This document shows, piece by piece, positions 39,677-48,913 of a DNA stretch of 64,000 bases. This stretch comes from a virus: IMG/VR virus record IMGVR_UViG_3300030104_005963, one strand, 5' to 3'. A program made the position numbers and the translations under genes. Numbering within the stretch: the first letter of the stretch is position 1; each line of letters opens with the position of its first letter. The notes below the pieces were generated by a model. That model was given only the letters and a program-made list of their open reading frames with translations. It ran no database searches and was not told the DNA's origin.

Positions 39677-39729
39677 GGGAGGAAACTGGCACAAACCAGT
39701 TTGACACCTCCCCTTTTTATTGCTATACT
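39677..39729 (+). promoter_or_regulatory. Terminator-like hairpin fused with a sigma70 promoter
   Basis: GGGAGG-AAACTGG/CCAGTTT-CCTCCC stem plus T run; TTGACA(39701)-N17-TATACT(39724). Confidence 0.75.
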
Positions 39730-39750
39730 ACTTGGAGGAATTGAATCACT

Positions 39751-40029
39751 ATGGAAAAAAACATACAGTGTATTTTATTGAGAGATGATAAAGTTTTGAT
39801 TGGTGAAGTTCAAGAACTGTTTGGTGAAATTGGAGAACCTGATTGTAAAATCATCAAACCATATCGAATTGTTCTTGGTATTAATACTGATACTAAAACT
39901 GAAGAGTACATTGAACCTTGGTTGACTTTTACGAATCAGGATGAGATCTTAATTCGATCAGCAGATGTTCTAACTTTTGTTGAACCAAACGGAAAACTTG
40001 TTGATGAGTATCTAGCAGCTATTGCATAA
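39751..40029 (+). CDS. Conserved hypothetical protein preceding the DNA polymerase
   Basis: 92-aa ORF; Sm-like pattern. Confidence 0.75.
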   Translation: MEKNIQCILLRDDKVLIGEVQELFGEIGEPDCKIIKPYRIVLGINTDTKTEEYIEPWLTFTNQDEILIRSADVLTFVEPNGKLVDEYLAAIA

Positions 40030-42530
40030 TGCGTTTTTATACTAATGTTCAAATGGTCGGGGATCACTTCTTGGTTCGTGGTTATGAAAATGGTCGCCAT
40101 TTTGCAACCCGTGAGAAGTTTTACCCGACTCTTTTTGTTGAGTCTAATAAGAAAACAAAGTATCAAACTCTACAAGGTGAATATGTAGAATCTATAGAAC
40201 CTGGAACCGTTCGTGATTGTCGTGAGTTTATCAAACGATATGACGGTGTAGATAACTTCAAGATTTATGGTAATGACCGATACATCTATCAGTATATTTC
40301 TGAGATGTATCCCGAAGAAGAAATTAAGTTCGATACTCAAAAGATTAAGATTGCCACCATTGATATTGAGGTTGCATCAGAGAACGGATTCCCCGATGTA
40401 GAATCTGCCGCCGAAGAAGTTCTTTTGATTACGATTCAAGATTACTCTACAAAACAGATTCGCACTTGGGGAAGGGGTCAATTTCTAAATAAACAAGAGA
40501 ACGTTATTTACAAGGGGTTTCGTACAGAATACGAACTGCTGACTGACTTTATTAACTGGTGGATGATTGAGGGAAATACTCCTGAAGTTGTTACTGGATG
40601 GAATAGTGAACTGTACGATATTCCATATTTGGTTCGTCGTATTGATCGCATTCTTGGTGAGAAACTCATGAAGAGACTTTCTCCATGGGGACTTGTAACT
40701 GAACGTGAAATTTACATTGTAGGTAGAAAAAATATTGCGTATGACATCGGCGGTGTCACTCAACTCGATTACTTGAATCTTTATAAGAAATTTACTTATA
40801 AGGCACAAGAATCTTATCGTCTTGATTATATTGCCAGTATTGAACTTGGGCAAAAGAAACTAGATCACTCTGAGTTTGATACTTTTAAAGACTTCTATAC
40901 TAAAGGGTGGCAGAAGTTTGTAGAGTATAACATTATTGACGTGGAACTTGTTGACCGAATGGAAGACAAGATGAAACTAATTGAACTTGCCATTACGATG
41001 GCGTATGATGCAAAGGCAAATTATGCCGATGTCTTTTCACAAGTTCGTATGTGGGATACAATCATCTATAATTATCTGAAGAAAAGAAACATTGTAATTC
41101 CTCCTAAAGAACGTTCTGATAAGGACTCAAAATATGCAGGTGCTTATGTTAAGGAACCGATTCCGGGAAAGTACGATTGGGTTGTGTCTTTTGACCTTAA
41201 TAGTCTCTACCCTCATCTTATTATGCAATACAACATCTCTCCAGAGACGTTACAGGATACCCGACACCCAAGTGCAACAGTTGATAAAATCCTTAATGAG
41301 GAACTAACATTTGAGATGTATAAGGACAGTGCGGTATGTGCTAATGGTGCCATGTATCGGAAGGATGTTCGTGGGTTCTTGCCAGAATTGATGGAGAAGA
41401 TCTATAAAGATCGAACCATTTATAAAAAGAAAATGCTTCAGGCAAAACAAGATTATGAAAAAACTCCAACGAAGGCACTGGAAAAGGAAATTGCCCGATG
41501 CAACAACATCCAGATGGCACGAAAGATTCAGCTCAACTCTGCATATGGTGCTATTGGTAATCAGTATTTTAGGTATTATAAACTGGCAAATGCTGAAGCA
41601 ATTACTCTCTCAGGTCAAGTTTCGATTCGATGGATTGAAAATCGTATGAACGGATACCTAAATAAACTTTTACAAACAGAGGGGGAGGATTATGTCATTG
41701 CATCTGACACTGACTCCATCTATCTTAATATGGGACCTCTTGTTGATAAATTTTTTAGTGGTAAGTCTGGCGATAAAACAGCAATTGTTTCGATACTTGA
41801 CAAGATCTGTGAAGACAAGTTGGAACCATTCATCGAACGATCTTATTCGGACCTTGCGGATTACGTTCAGGCATATGAACAAAAAATGATTATGAAGCGT
41901 GAAAATATCGCAGAACGTGGTATTTGGACCGCAAAGAAACGTTATATCCTTAATGTATGGAATAGTGAGGGAGTTCAATATTCTGAACCTAAACTCAAGA
42001 TGATGGGTATTGAGGCAGTTAAATCATCTACACCGGCACCTTGTCGTCAGATGATTAAAGATGGTCTGAAACTGATGATGAATGGTACTGAGGAGGATGT
42101 CATTAAATTTATTGATGACTGTAGGGTTAAGTTTAAGTCTCTTCCTCCAGAAGAAATTGCATTCCCTCGTTCAGTATCGGATGTGGTTAAGTACAAATCA
42201 CATTCCAGCATCTATGCAAAGGGAACACCTATTCACTGTCGTGGAGCACTTCTTTTTAACCACTATATAAAAGAACATAAATTGACTAATAAGTATTCCC
42301 TTATTAATAATGGTGAAAAGATTAAATTCATTTATCTAAAAAAACCAAATATTATCCAGGAAAATGTCATTTCATTTATCCAAGATTTTCCCAAAGAACT
42401 TGGTCTTGACAAGTACCTTGACTATGACTTACAATTTGAAAAGAGTTTTGTAGAACCACTCAAGGCAATTCTTGATGCCATTGGGTGGAATGTTGAAAAA
42501 ACCGTAAACTTAGAATTATTTTTTGCATAA
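40029..42530 (+). CDS. gp43: B-family DNA polymerase gp43
   Basis: IDIE exonuclease motif, SFDLNSLYPH, KIQLNSAYG, DTDS. Confidence 0.98.
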   Translation: MRFYTNVQMVGDHFLVRGYENGRHFATREKFYPTLFVESNKKTKYQTLQGEYVESIEPGTVRDCREFIKRYDGVDNFKIYGNDRYIYQYISEMYPEEEIKFDTQKIKIATIDIEVASENGFPDVESAAEEVLLITIQDYSTKQIRTWGRGQFLNKQENVIYKGFRTEYELLTDFINWWMIEGNTPEVVTGWNSELYDIPYLVRRIDRILGEKLMKRLSPWGLVTEREIYIVGRKNIAYDIGGVTQLDYLNLYKKFTYKAQESYRLDYIASIELGQKKLDHSEFDTFKDFYTKGWQKFVEYNIIDVELVDRMEDKMKLIELAITMAYDAKANYADVFSQVRMWDTIIYNYLKKRNIVIPPKERSDKDSKYAGAYVKEPIPGKYDWVVSFDLNSLYPHLIMQYNISPETLQDTRHPSATVDKILNEELTFEMYKDSAVCANGAMYRKDVRGFLPELMEKIYKDRTIYKKKMLQAKQDYEKTPTKALEKEIARCNNIQMARKIQLNSAYGAIGNQYFRYYKLANAEAITLSGQVSIRWIENRMNGYLNKLLQTEGEDYVIASDTDSIYLNMGPLVDKFFSGKSGDKTAIVSILDKICEDKLEPFIERSYSDLADYVQAYEQKMIMKRENIAERGIWTAKKRYILNVWNSEGVQYSEPKLKMMGIEAVKSSTPAPCRQMIKDGLKLMMNGTEEDVIKFIDDCRVKFKSLPPEEIAFPRSVSDVVKYKSHSSIYAKGTPIHCRGALLFNHYIKEHKLTNKYSLINNGEKIKFIYLKKPNIIQENVISFIQDFPKELGLDKYLDYDLQFEKSFVEPLKAILDAIGWNVEKTVNLELFFA

Positions 42531-43534
42531 TGGATTTTCTTAAAGATATAGTAAAAGAGATTGGAGATGAGTACACAAAACTCGCAGCAGACATTGACGA
42601 AACTGAAACATTTGTTGATACAGGTTCGTACATTTTTAACGGACTTGTTTCAGGGTCTATATTTGGTGGTGTATCTGGGAATAAGATTACTGCCATTGCT
42701 GGGGAGTCTAGTACTGGAAAAACTTTTTTCTCTCTTGCCGTCGTCAAAAATTTTCTGGATTCTAACCCTGATGGGATGTGTCTATATTTTGATACTGAAG
42801 CGGCTGTTAATAAGTCTTTACTCGCAAGTCGTGGGGTAGATCTAAATAGGACGGTAGTCGTAAATGTAGTCACAGTCGAAGAATTTCGTAGCAAGGCACT
42901 GAAGGCTGTAGACATATACTTAAAAAAACCTGAAGACGAACGCAAACCACTAATGTTCGTGTTAGACTCTCTAGGTATGCTTTCGACTGAGAAAGAAATT
43001 ACTGATGCACTCAATGAAAAACAAGTTAGGGACATGACTAAATCCCAACTTATTAAAGGTGCCTTTCGTATGCTCACTCTCAAGTTGGGTCAAGCAAACA
43101 TTCCAATGATTGTCACAAATCATACTTACGATGTTATCGGTTCTTATGTTCCTACAAAAGAAATGGGTGGTGGTAGTGGTCTCAAATATGCTGCGTCTAC
43201 GATTATCTATTTGTCTAAGAAAAAAGAAAAAGATGGAACAGAAGTTGTCGGAAATCTTATCAAGGCAAAGACTGCTAAGTCACGTTTAAGTAAGGAGAAC
43301 AAGGATGTTACAGTGCGTCTGTATTACGATGAGCGTGGTCTTGATCGATATTATGGTCTTCTTGAGTTGGGAGAACTCGGTGGTCTCTGGAAAAATGTGG
43401 CAGGTCGTTATGAGATGAATGGTAAAAAAGTATATGCAAAAGCAATTTTAAAAGATCCAGAAGAATACTTCACCGAAGAGGTGATGCAAAAACTAGATCA
43501 AATAGCACAACAGGAGTTCAGTTATGGCGCATAA
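42530..43534 (+). CDS. uvsX: RecA-like recombinase UvsX
   Basis: GESSTGKT, FVLDSLG, MGGGSGLKYAAS. Confidence 0.96.
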   Translation: MDFLKDIVKEIGDEYTKLAADIDETETFVDTGSYIFNGLVSGSIFGGVSGNKITAIAGESSTGKTFFSLAVVKNFLDSNPDGMCLYFDTEAAVNKSLLASRGVDLNRTVVVNVVTVEEFRSKALKAVDIYLKKPEDERKPLMFVLDSLGMLSTEKEITDALNEKQVRDMTKSQLIKGAFRMLTLKLGQANIPMIVTNHTYDVIGSYVPTKEMGGGSGLKYAASTIIYLSKKKEKDGTEVVGNLIKAKTAKSRLSKENKDVTVRLYYDERGLDRYYGLLELGELGGLWKNVAGRYEMNGKKVYAKAILKDPEEYFTEEVMQKLDQIAQQEFSYGA

Positions 43535-43661
43535 AAACGAAAAAAGATTTAAAGAAACTGATAAAGGAGAAGACTTTATTAAAAGAGGAATGACTCTTAT
43601 TACCGAACCCGAAAGTGATTATTATTTGAATAAATGGAAAGAATTGAAACAACGATCCTAA
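43524..43661 (+). CDS. Small hypothetical protein (absent from ORF track)
   Basis: 45-aa ORF MAHKNEKRFKE... filling the uvsX-gp41 gap; CAGGAG SD. Confidence 0.5.
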   Translation: MAHKNEKRFKETDKGEDFIKRGMTLITEPESDYYLNKWKELKQRS

Positions 43662-45007
43662 GAAACCTTGTTTTTGATGAAGACTATGCACGAAAGGTAA
43701 TTCCTTTTATACAACCAGATTTTTTTGAAGTTAAAACTGAAAAGACTATCTTTCAGGAGATAGTTCATTTTATTGTAAAATACAATTCTACTATTACTCA
43801 GGAAGCACTTCAGATTGAGATTGATAATCGAACTGATCTCACTGAAGAAGAAATCAAACAATCCAGAGACATTGTAAGTTCCCTACATAATTCTTTGGTG
43901 GAGATTCAGTGGTTATTAGATACCACTGAAAAATGGTGTCGTGATCGTGCAATTTATATTGCTCTTATGGAATCTATTCACATTGCCGATGGTAATGATG
44001 AAAAGAAAAATCGTGATGCTATTCCTAGCATTCTTTCTGAGGCACTTGCTGTTTCTTTTGACAACCACATTGGACATGATTACCTACAAGATTATGAAGA
44101 ACGATATGAATCTTATCACCGCAAGGAGGACAAAATTGAATTCGATCTCGAATACTTTAACAAAATCACGAAAGGTGGTTTACCTAACAAGACTCTTAAC
44201 ATCGCGCTTGCTGGTACAGGTGTCGGCAAGTCTTTATTCATGTGCCATGTTGCTAGCTCCGTGTTGCTCCAGGGGAGGAACGTTCTCTATATTACAATGG
44301 AGATGGCAGAAGAGAAGATTGCTGAACGAATTGACGCCAACCTCCTCAATGTCCCGATCCAGGACTTGACCGATCTTCCAAGGTCATCATTTGAAAATAA
44401 AGTTACCAGACTAGCAGAAAAAACTCAGGGGTCTCTTATAATTAAAGAATATCCCACTGCTTCTGCACATAGTGGACATTTTAAGGCACTTCTTAATGAA
44501 CTTGCACTTAAGAAGTCATTTAGACCTGATATTATTTTCATTGATTACCTTAATATATGTGCTTCCTCAAGATATAAGTCAGGTGTTTCTGTCAATTCAT
44601 ATAGCTATATTAAAGCTATTGCAGAGGAACTTAGAGGATTGGCTGTTGAGGCAAACGTCCCTATCGTTTCTGCCACGCAGACCACTCGTTCTGGTTATGG
44701 TAGCAGTGATGTTGATATTACTGACACTAGTGAATCCTTTGGTCTCCCTGCTACTGCTGATCTTATGTTTGCCCTTATTAGCACAGAGGAGTTGGAACAG
44801 TTGGGACAGATTATGGTAAAGCAGTTGAAGAATCGATATAATGATCCTACTATTTTTAAGAGATTTATTGTAGGTGTTGATCGTGCTAAGATGCGACTCT
44901 ATGATTGTGAGCAAAAAGCACAAGATGACATACTTGACTCCGGAAACGAAGAGGAGTATAATGATGAGGAACGAAAGAAATCATTCGAGGGATTTAATTT
45001 TTCATGA
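43634..45007 (+). CDS. gp41: Replicative helicase gp41
   Basis: AGTGVGKS, IFIDYLNI, SATQTTR, SESFGLPATAD. Confidence 0.97.
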   Translation: MERIETTILRNLVFDEDYARKVIPFIQPDFFEVKTEKTIFQEIVHFIVKYNSTITQEALQIEIDNRTDLTEEEIKQSRDIVSSLHNSLVEIQWLLDTTEKWCRDRAIYIALMESIHIADGNDEKKNRDAIPSILSEALAVSFDNHIGHDYLQDYEERYESYHRKEDKIEFDLEYFNKITKGGLPNKTLNIALAGTGVGKSLFMCHVASSVLLQGRNVLYITMEMAEEKIAERIDANLLNVPIQDLTDLPRSSFENKVTRLAEKTQGSLIIKEYPTASAHSGHFKALLNELALKKSFRPDIIFIDYLNICASSRYKSGVSVNSYSYIKAIAEELRGLAVEANVPIVSATQTTRSGYGSSDVDITDTSESFGLPATADLMFALISTEELEQLGQIMVKQLKNRYNDPTIFKRFIVGVDRAKMRLYDCEQKAQDDILDSGNEEEYNDEERKKSFEGFNFS

Positions 45008-45408
45008 CTGTAAATACTGACGCATATCTTGAGTTTGTAGATGCCGTTACATCACAACCCAGTAAAAATGCAGATGCATTTGAATATCGTATTCAAGAAC
45101 TTCGTGGAGAAGGATTTGAAACTTGGAGACTTCTTACTGCTGCCGTAGGTATGTCTGCAGAAGCAGGTGAGTTTACTGAGGTCGTCAAAAAAATTATCTT
45201 TCAGGGTAAACCTGTCAATGAAGAAAATATGTTTCATCTAAAACGTGAACTAGGTGACATCATGTGGTATGTTGCTCAGGCATGTATGGGACTTAATATT
45301 TCTCTTGATGAGGTTATTGAAATGAATGTAGACAAACTCAAGTCTAGATATCCTGGTGGAGAGTTTGATGTCCACTATTCAGAAAATCGCAAAGAAGGAG
45401 ATCTATGA
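45004..45408 (+). CDS. mazG: MazG-like nucleotide pyrophosphohydrolase
   Basis: AEAGEFTEVVKK...ELGDIMWY...NVDKLKSRY. Confidence 0.92.
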   Translation: MTVNTDAYLEFVDAVTSQPSKNADAFEYRIQELRGEGFETWRLLTAAVGMSAEAGEFTEVVKKIIFQGKPVNEENMFHLKRELGDIMWYVAQACMGLNISLDEVIEMNVDKLKSRYPGGEFDVHYSENRKEGDL

Positions 45409-45551
45409 CCAAAAAATCAAAGAAGAACTCAAAGGGTGATACTTTTGAGTGGGAAGAGACTGAAGAAATGCGAAAGGCAGTAGAAAGACTTCATGAAACT
45501 ATTCGTGAACTTGAAAAGAAAAATGCACCTGATTATGGAGTTGGGAAATGA
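45405..45551 (+). CDS. Small hypothetical protein (absent from ORF track)
   Basis: 48-aa ORF MTKKSKKNSKGDTFEWEE..., ATGA-coupled at both ends. Confidence 0.6.
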   Translation: MTKKSKKNSKGDTFEWEETEEMRKAVERLHETIRELEKKNAPDYGVGK

Positions 45552-45745
45552 AAAATATTCACAATGGAAGATTAGATTTTGATGATATGGAACTTCTTCA
45601 ATTAGAGTTCTATGTAAATGAGATGGAGAAATCCTGTTCAATGGGTGGAGAACTTCGTCGTCATCAATCCATCTATACTAAAATTAAAAAGGAACAGGCA
45701 CGACGTAATCTTATTAAACTTGAAAACATTGCACTTGGAAAATGA
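45548..45745 (+). CDS. Hypothetical protein
   Basis: 65-aa coupled ORF. Confidence 0.6.
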   Translation: MKNIHNGRLDFDDMELLQLEFYVNEMEKSCSMGGELRRHQSIYTKIKKEQARRNLIKLENIALGK

Positions 45746-45954
45746 AACTATTAACACTTGAAGATTATCAAAAAGCAGGAGAAACATTCTGGCCTAAGTA
45801 CTGGTATGTTGCCAAAGAACTTGGAGAGGATGCTAAACCTGAGCAGGTTCTTAAAGTAATGGAAGCAGTTGGTGGACTTGCACTTAAACTTGCATTAGAT
45901 GAAAAAGAAGGTCCCTTTGGATTTAATAAAAAGGAGGAAGATGCTGATGAATGA
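45742..45954 (+). CDS. Conserved hypothetical protein
   Basis: 70-aa ORF, FWPKYWYVAKELG. Confidence 0.7.
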   Translation: MKLLTLEDYQKAGETFWPKYWYVAKELGEDAKPEQVLKVMEAVGGLALKLALDEKEGPFGFNKKEEDADE

Positions 45955-46183
45955 ACATCCAGAAATTGCCGAGTATGAATGGATCGATGACTGTTTTCGT
46001 GTATGGGAAACAAGATTCGGTCTGTGGTCAAGTGAAACCAAACAAGGTCGTAAAATGATGACCGGTCCTACAAGAGATTCGGTTGTCATTATGACTCGAT
46101 GGCATCTTAAATGTGAACAGGAAGGAACCCTTCATTTGTATACCAGAGTTGTTGGTGATGCTTTTGTCAGTGGAAAACTTTAA
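45947..46183 (+). CDS. Hypothetical protein
   Basis: AAGGAGG SD at 45931; start 45941 or 45947. Confidence 0.65.
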   Translation: MNEHPEIAEYEWIDDCFRVWETRFGLWSSETKQGRKMMTGPTRDSVVIMTRWHLKCEQEGTLHLYTRVVGDAFVSGKL

Positions 46184-46220
46184 CTTTTAGTTAGTTTAAA
46201 TAAATACCTAAAAAAGTATA

Positions 46221-47519
46221 ATGGCAAAAAGTCTCCTTGATACAGACCTTTATACTAAGGTAGTTACTGTTATCAACGACAACCTTTATGATCTGGGTAT
46301 GTCGATTGACGATAAAAGAACTGAAGGATCATACATTTATATTATGTGTGATGAGGATAGACTTGAAACTCAAGAATCCTTGGAAATGGAAATTGAAAGA
46401 ATTTCTGGACTCCGATGTAGTAGAAAATATGTAAAGTCAAAGTCATCAACTGATTTAACTGAGGTTGATGGTTTTAGCAAAAAAGTCAATATTGTATTTA
46501 AAAACACCAGGGGTGGGATGCAGGAAACCACCCTTAATTCTACTATTACTGAATTGTTCCCAGCGATTGCTTTTGAAGCGGGTGTCAGCACAAATCTTGA
46601 ACCTGCCGTGTTTTACAATAAACTTGTAGAAGCAAATAATCCAAAATTTGGTGCGTATAAAAATAAGAGTGCATATGAAGCTGGCAAACCTTTTTTAGAT
46701 AAAGCACCGACTTCTTCCAAGTTTGAAGAAAAAACAATTAATGCTCAGGCAATTACTAGATGGTTGATCGGTGAAAATAAAAGAAAAAAAATTGCAAAAG
46801 TTGTTTGGGGGTATCGTAATAACTTGAAACCAGAGGGAGTTGCACCTAATCATAAGGGAGATATTTTTGCTGTTTTTGATGATGGAAGTATTTTAGGCAT
46901 TTCTCTTAAAGCTGGTGGAGCAAAAACTGCTGAACCACAATTCAATAGTTATGTTAGACCTATCTTCACTTCTTTTGGAATGCTTAATGATTATACAAAA
47001 CTTGAAAAAAAATCATATGAAACTTTCTATAAAGGAATTCCCAATATAACTCAACAAAACACTTATGGAAAACAGACAATGACAAAGGTTATAGGTGCTT
47101 TTGAAAAGATGAATCCAAAACAATATGAAATGTTATATGATGCACAGTTGGAATTTGTTAGACAGTATATTTGTGATATGATGAATAAGTATCCAGTAAA
47201 GGCAAAAAATTGGTTACTTCGTGAAGTTGCTGCAGAACAGGAAGGAGTTCCTCTTATTGTTTTAAAAGCTGCTGGTAGTGATACACAAGTAATTAATGAT
47301 GAAAATATAATTAAAGATTGTGTTCAGACATCTAAAAAAGCAAATGGTATAAAGGCATATCCATCGAAGACATCAAAACAAAATTGGCATATTGATTTAA
47401 CTTGTAGAACACATACTACAACTTTAAATTTTTCAATTAGAACAAATAAAACTGGAATAAGTCATAAACTTGGACAATATATTAATCTTGCGGTCAAATT
47501 TAATGGTATAAAAAAATGA
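46221..47519 (+). CDS. Putative PD-(D/E)xK restriction-like nuclease
   Basis: TELFP...KGDIF...GISLK motif arrangement; TAAATAAATA upstream. Confidence 0.5.
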   Translation: MAKSLLDTDLYTKVVTVINDNLYDLGMSIDDKRTEGSYIYIMCDEDRLETQESLEMEIERISGLRCSRKYVKSKSSTDLTEVDGFSKKVNIVFKNTRGGMQETTLNSTITELFPAIAFEAGVSTNLEPAVFYNKLVEANNPKFGAYKNKSAYEAGKPFLDKAPTSSKFEEKTINAQAITRWLIGENKRKKIAKVVWGYRNNLKPEGVAPNHKGDIFAVFDDGSILGISLKAGGAKTAEPQFNSYVRPIFTSFGMLNDYTKLEKKSYETFYKGIPNITQQNTYGKQTMTKVIGAFEKMNPKQYEMLYDAQLEFVRQYICDMMNKYPVKAKNWLLREVAAEQEGVPLIVLKAAGSDTQVINDENIIKDCVQTSKKANGIKAYPSKTSKQNWHIDLTCRTHTTTLNFSIRTNKTGISHKLGQYINLAVKFNGIKK

Positions 47520-47746
47520 ACTCACAAATACTTGACTTGATAAAGTCCTTTGAACCGAATTCAAAAAATGGTAGAGATAATTATGAGCAACTTCTTATTC
47601 ATATCTATCATACTTTTGATAAAAGAATTAACTTCACAAAGTCTCAGACATTAAAAGATAAATATAAACATATGCGTCAAGGTGCATTAGAATACATTGT
47701 ATTGCACAAACAACAGGTAATAAGAGAATTAAGTAAAAGGAAGTGA
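47516..47746 (+). CDS. Hypothetical protein
   Basis: 76-aa ORF coupled to both neighbours. Confidence 0.65.
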   Translation: MNSQILDLIKSFEPNSKNGRDNYEQLLIHIYHTFDKRINFTKSQTLKDKYKHMRQGALEYIVLHKQQVIRELSKRK

Positions 47747-48903
47747 TGAAGAATTTTTTTCAATTTTTATCTGAATCAACTGCAGTCCAGCAGGCAAAAA
47801 GAATGGGACTGGTTGGTGATGGTCATGGTGGATGGTATGATAAGAAGGGTGAGTTTGTAGCAAAAACTGAGAAAGGACAACTTAAGTTTTATAATAAAAG
47901 GCAACGTGTTGGTAAACAAGATCCACCAAATACTGATACCGAGAAAAGATTATCTCAGGCAACTTCAAGTAGTGAAATTCAAGAACCACAAGGTCCGCCT
48001 GAAGTTGAAAAAACAAAAGGAACTTTGACCGTTGCTTTTGGTAGATTCAATCCTCCTACCACAGGACATGAAAAACTTTTGGATACAGTCGCATCAAGTT
48101 CTGATGAAGGTGACTATATTATTGTCCCATCACGTAGTCAGGATAAGAAAAAGAATCCTTTAGATCCTGATACTAAAGTTGAGATTATGAAACAAATGTA
48201 TCCTGGTCATAGTGGCAAAATTGTAAATGATCCTGGTAATAGAACAATTTTTGATGTACTGAAGAAAGCACATACTGATGGATATGCCGGAGTTCGTATT
48301 CTTGGTGGTGCAGATAGAGTAAAAGAATTTGAAAAACTAGCAAATGATTATAATGGTAAACTTTATAACTTTGATAATGTAGAAGTTCTTTCTGCTGGAG
48401 ATAGAGATCCTGATTCTGAAGGAACAGAAGGAATGTCTGCATCAAAACAAAGAAAGGCAGCTGCCGAAGGTGATTATAATTCTTTCAGAAAAGGTGTTCC
48501 GACATCTATGAACGATAAACAAGCAAAGGAGTTATATAATACTCTTCGTACTGCAATGGGTATTAAAGAAGGTTGGAGTCTTTGGCAAATTGCACCTAAG
48601 TTTGATTGGAAAAATCTTCGTGAAAATTTTGTAAAGAAAAACATTTACAGGGTTGGTGATATTGTAGAAAATCTCAATACTGGTCTGGTTGGTAAGATTA
48701 TTCGTAGAGGCACTAACTATCTTATCTGTGTCACCGAAGATGATATTATGTTTAAGTCTTGGATTAAAGATGTAACCGATGTGTCTGGTGTTCCTGCAAA
48801 TCAAAGAGAAGTTGGAACCGATGCTCTTCGTAAGTATGCAGAGACTATGGTGAAGGGTTCTAGTTGGGGCAGGCAATTCATAAATAAATATAAGAAAAAG
48901 TAA
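47746..48903 (+). CDS. HxGH-superfamily nucleotidyltransferase (cytidylyltransferase/NMNAT-like)
   Basis: VAFGRFNPPTTGHEKL, ILGGADR, MSASKQR. Confidence 0.85.
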   Translation: MKNFFQFLSESTAVQQAKRMGLVGDGHGGWYDKKGEFVAKTEKGQLKFYNKRQRVGKQDPPNTDTEKRLSQATSSSEIQEPQGPPEVEKTKGTLTVAFGRFNPPTTGHEKLLDTVASSSDEGDYIIVPSRSQDKKKNPLDPDTKVEIMKQMYPGHSGKIVNDPGNRTIFDVLKKAHTDGYAGVRILGGADRVKEFEKLANDYNGKLYNFDNVEVLSAGDRDPDSEGTEGMSASKQRKAAAEGDYNSFRKGVPTSMNDKQAKELYNTLRTAMGIKEGWSLWQIAPKFDWKNLRENFVKKNIYRVGDIVENLNTGLVGKIIRRGTNYLICVTEDDIMFKSWIKDVTDVSGVPANQREVGTDALRKYAETMVKGSSWGRQFINKYKKK

Positions 48904-48913
48904 TTGTCTTCAG

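Noticed and set aside
42460-43083. 207-aa minus-strand ORF
   Set aside because: Antisense shadow of uvsX; no motif, SD or promoter support.
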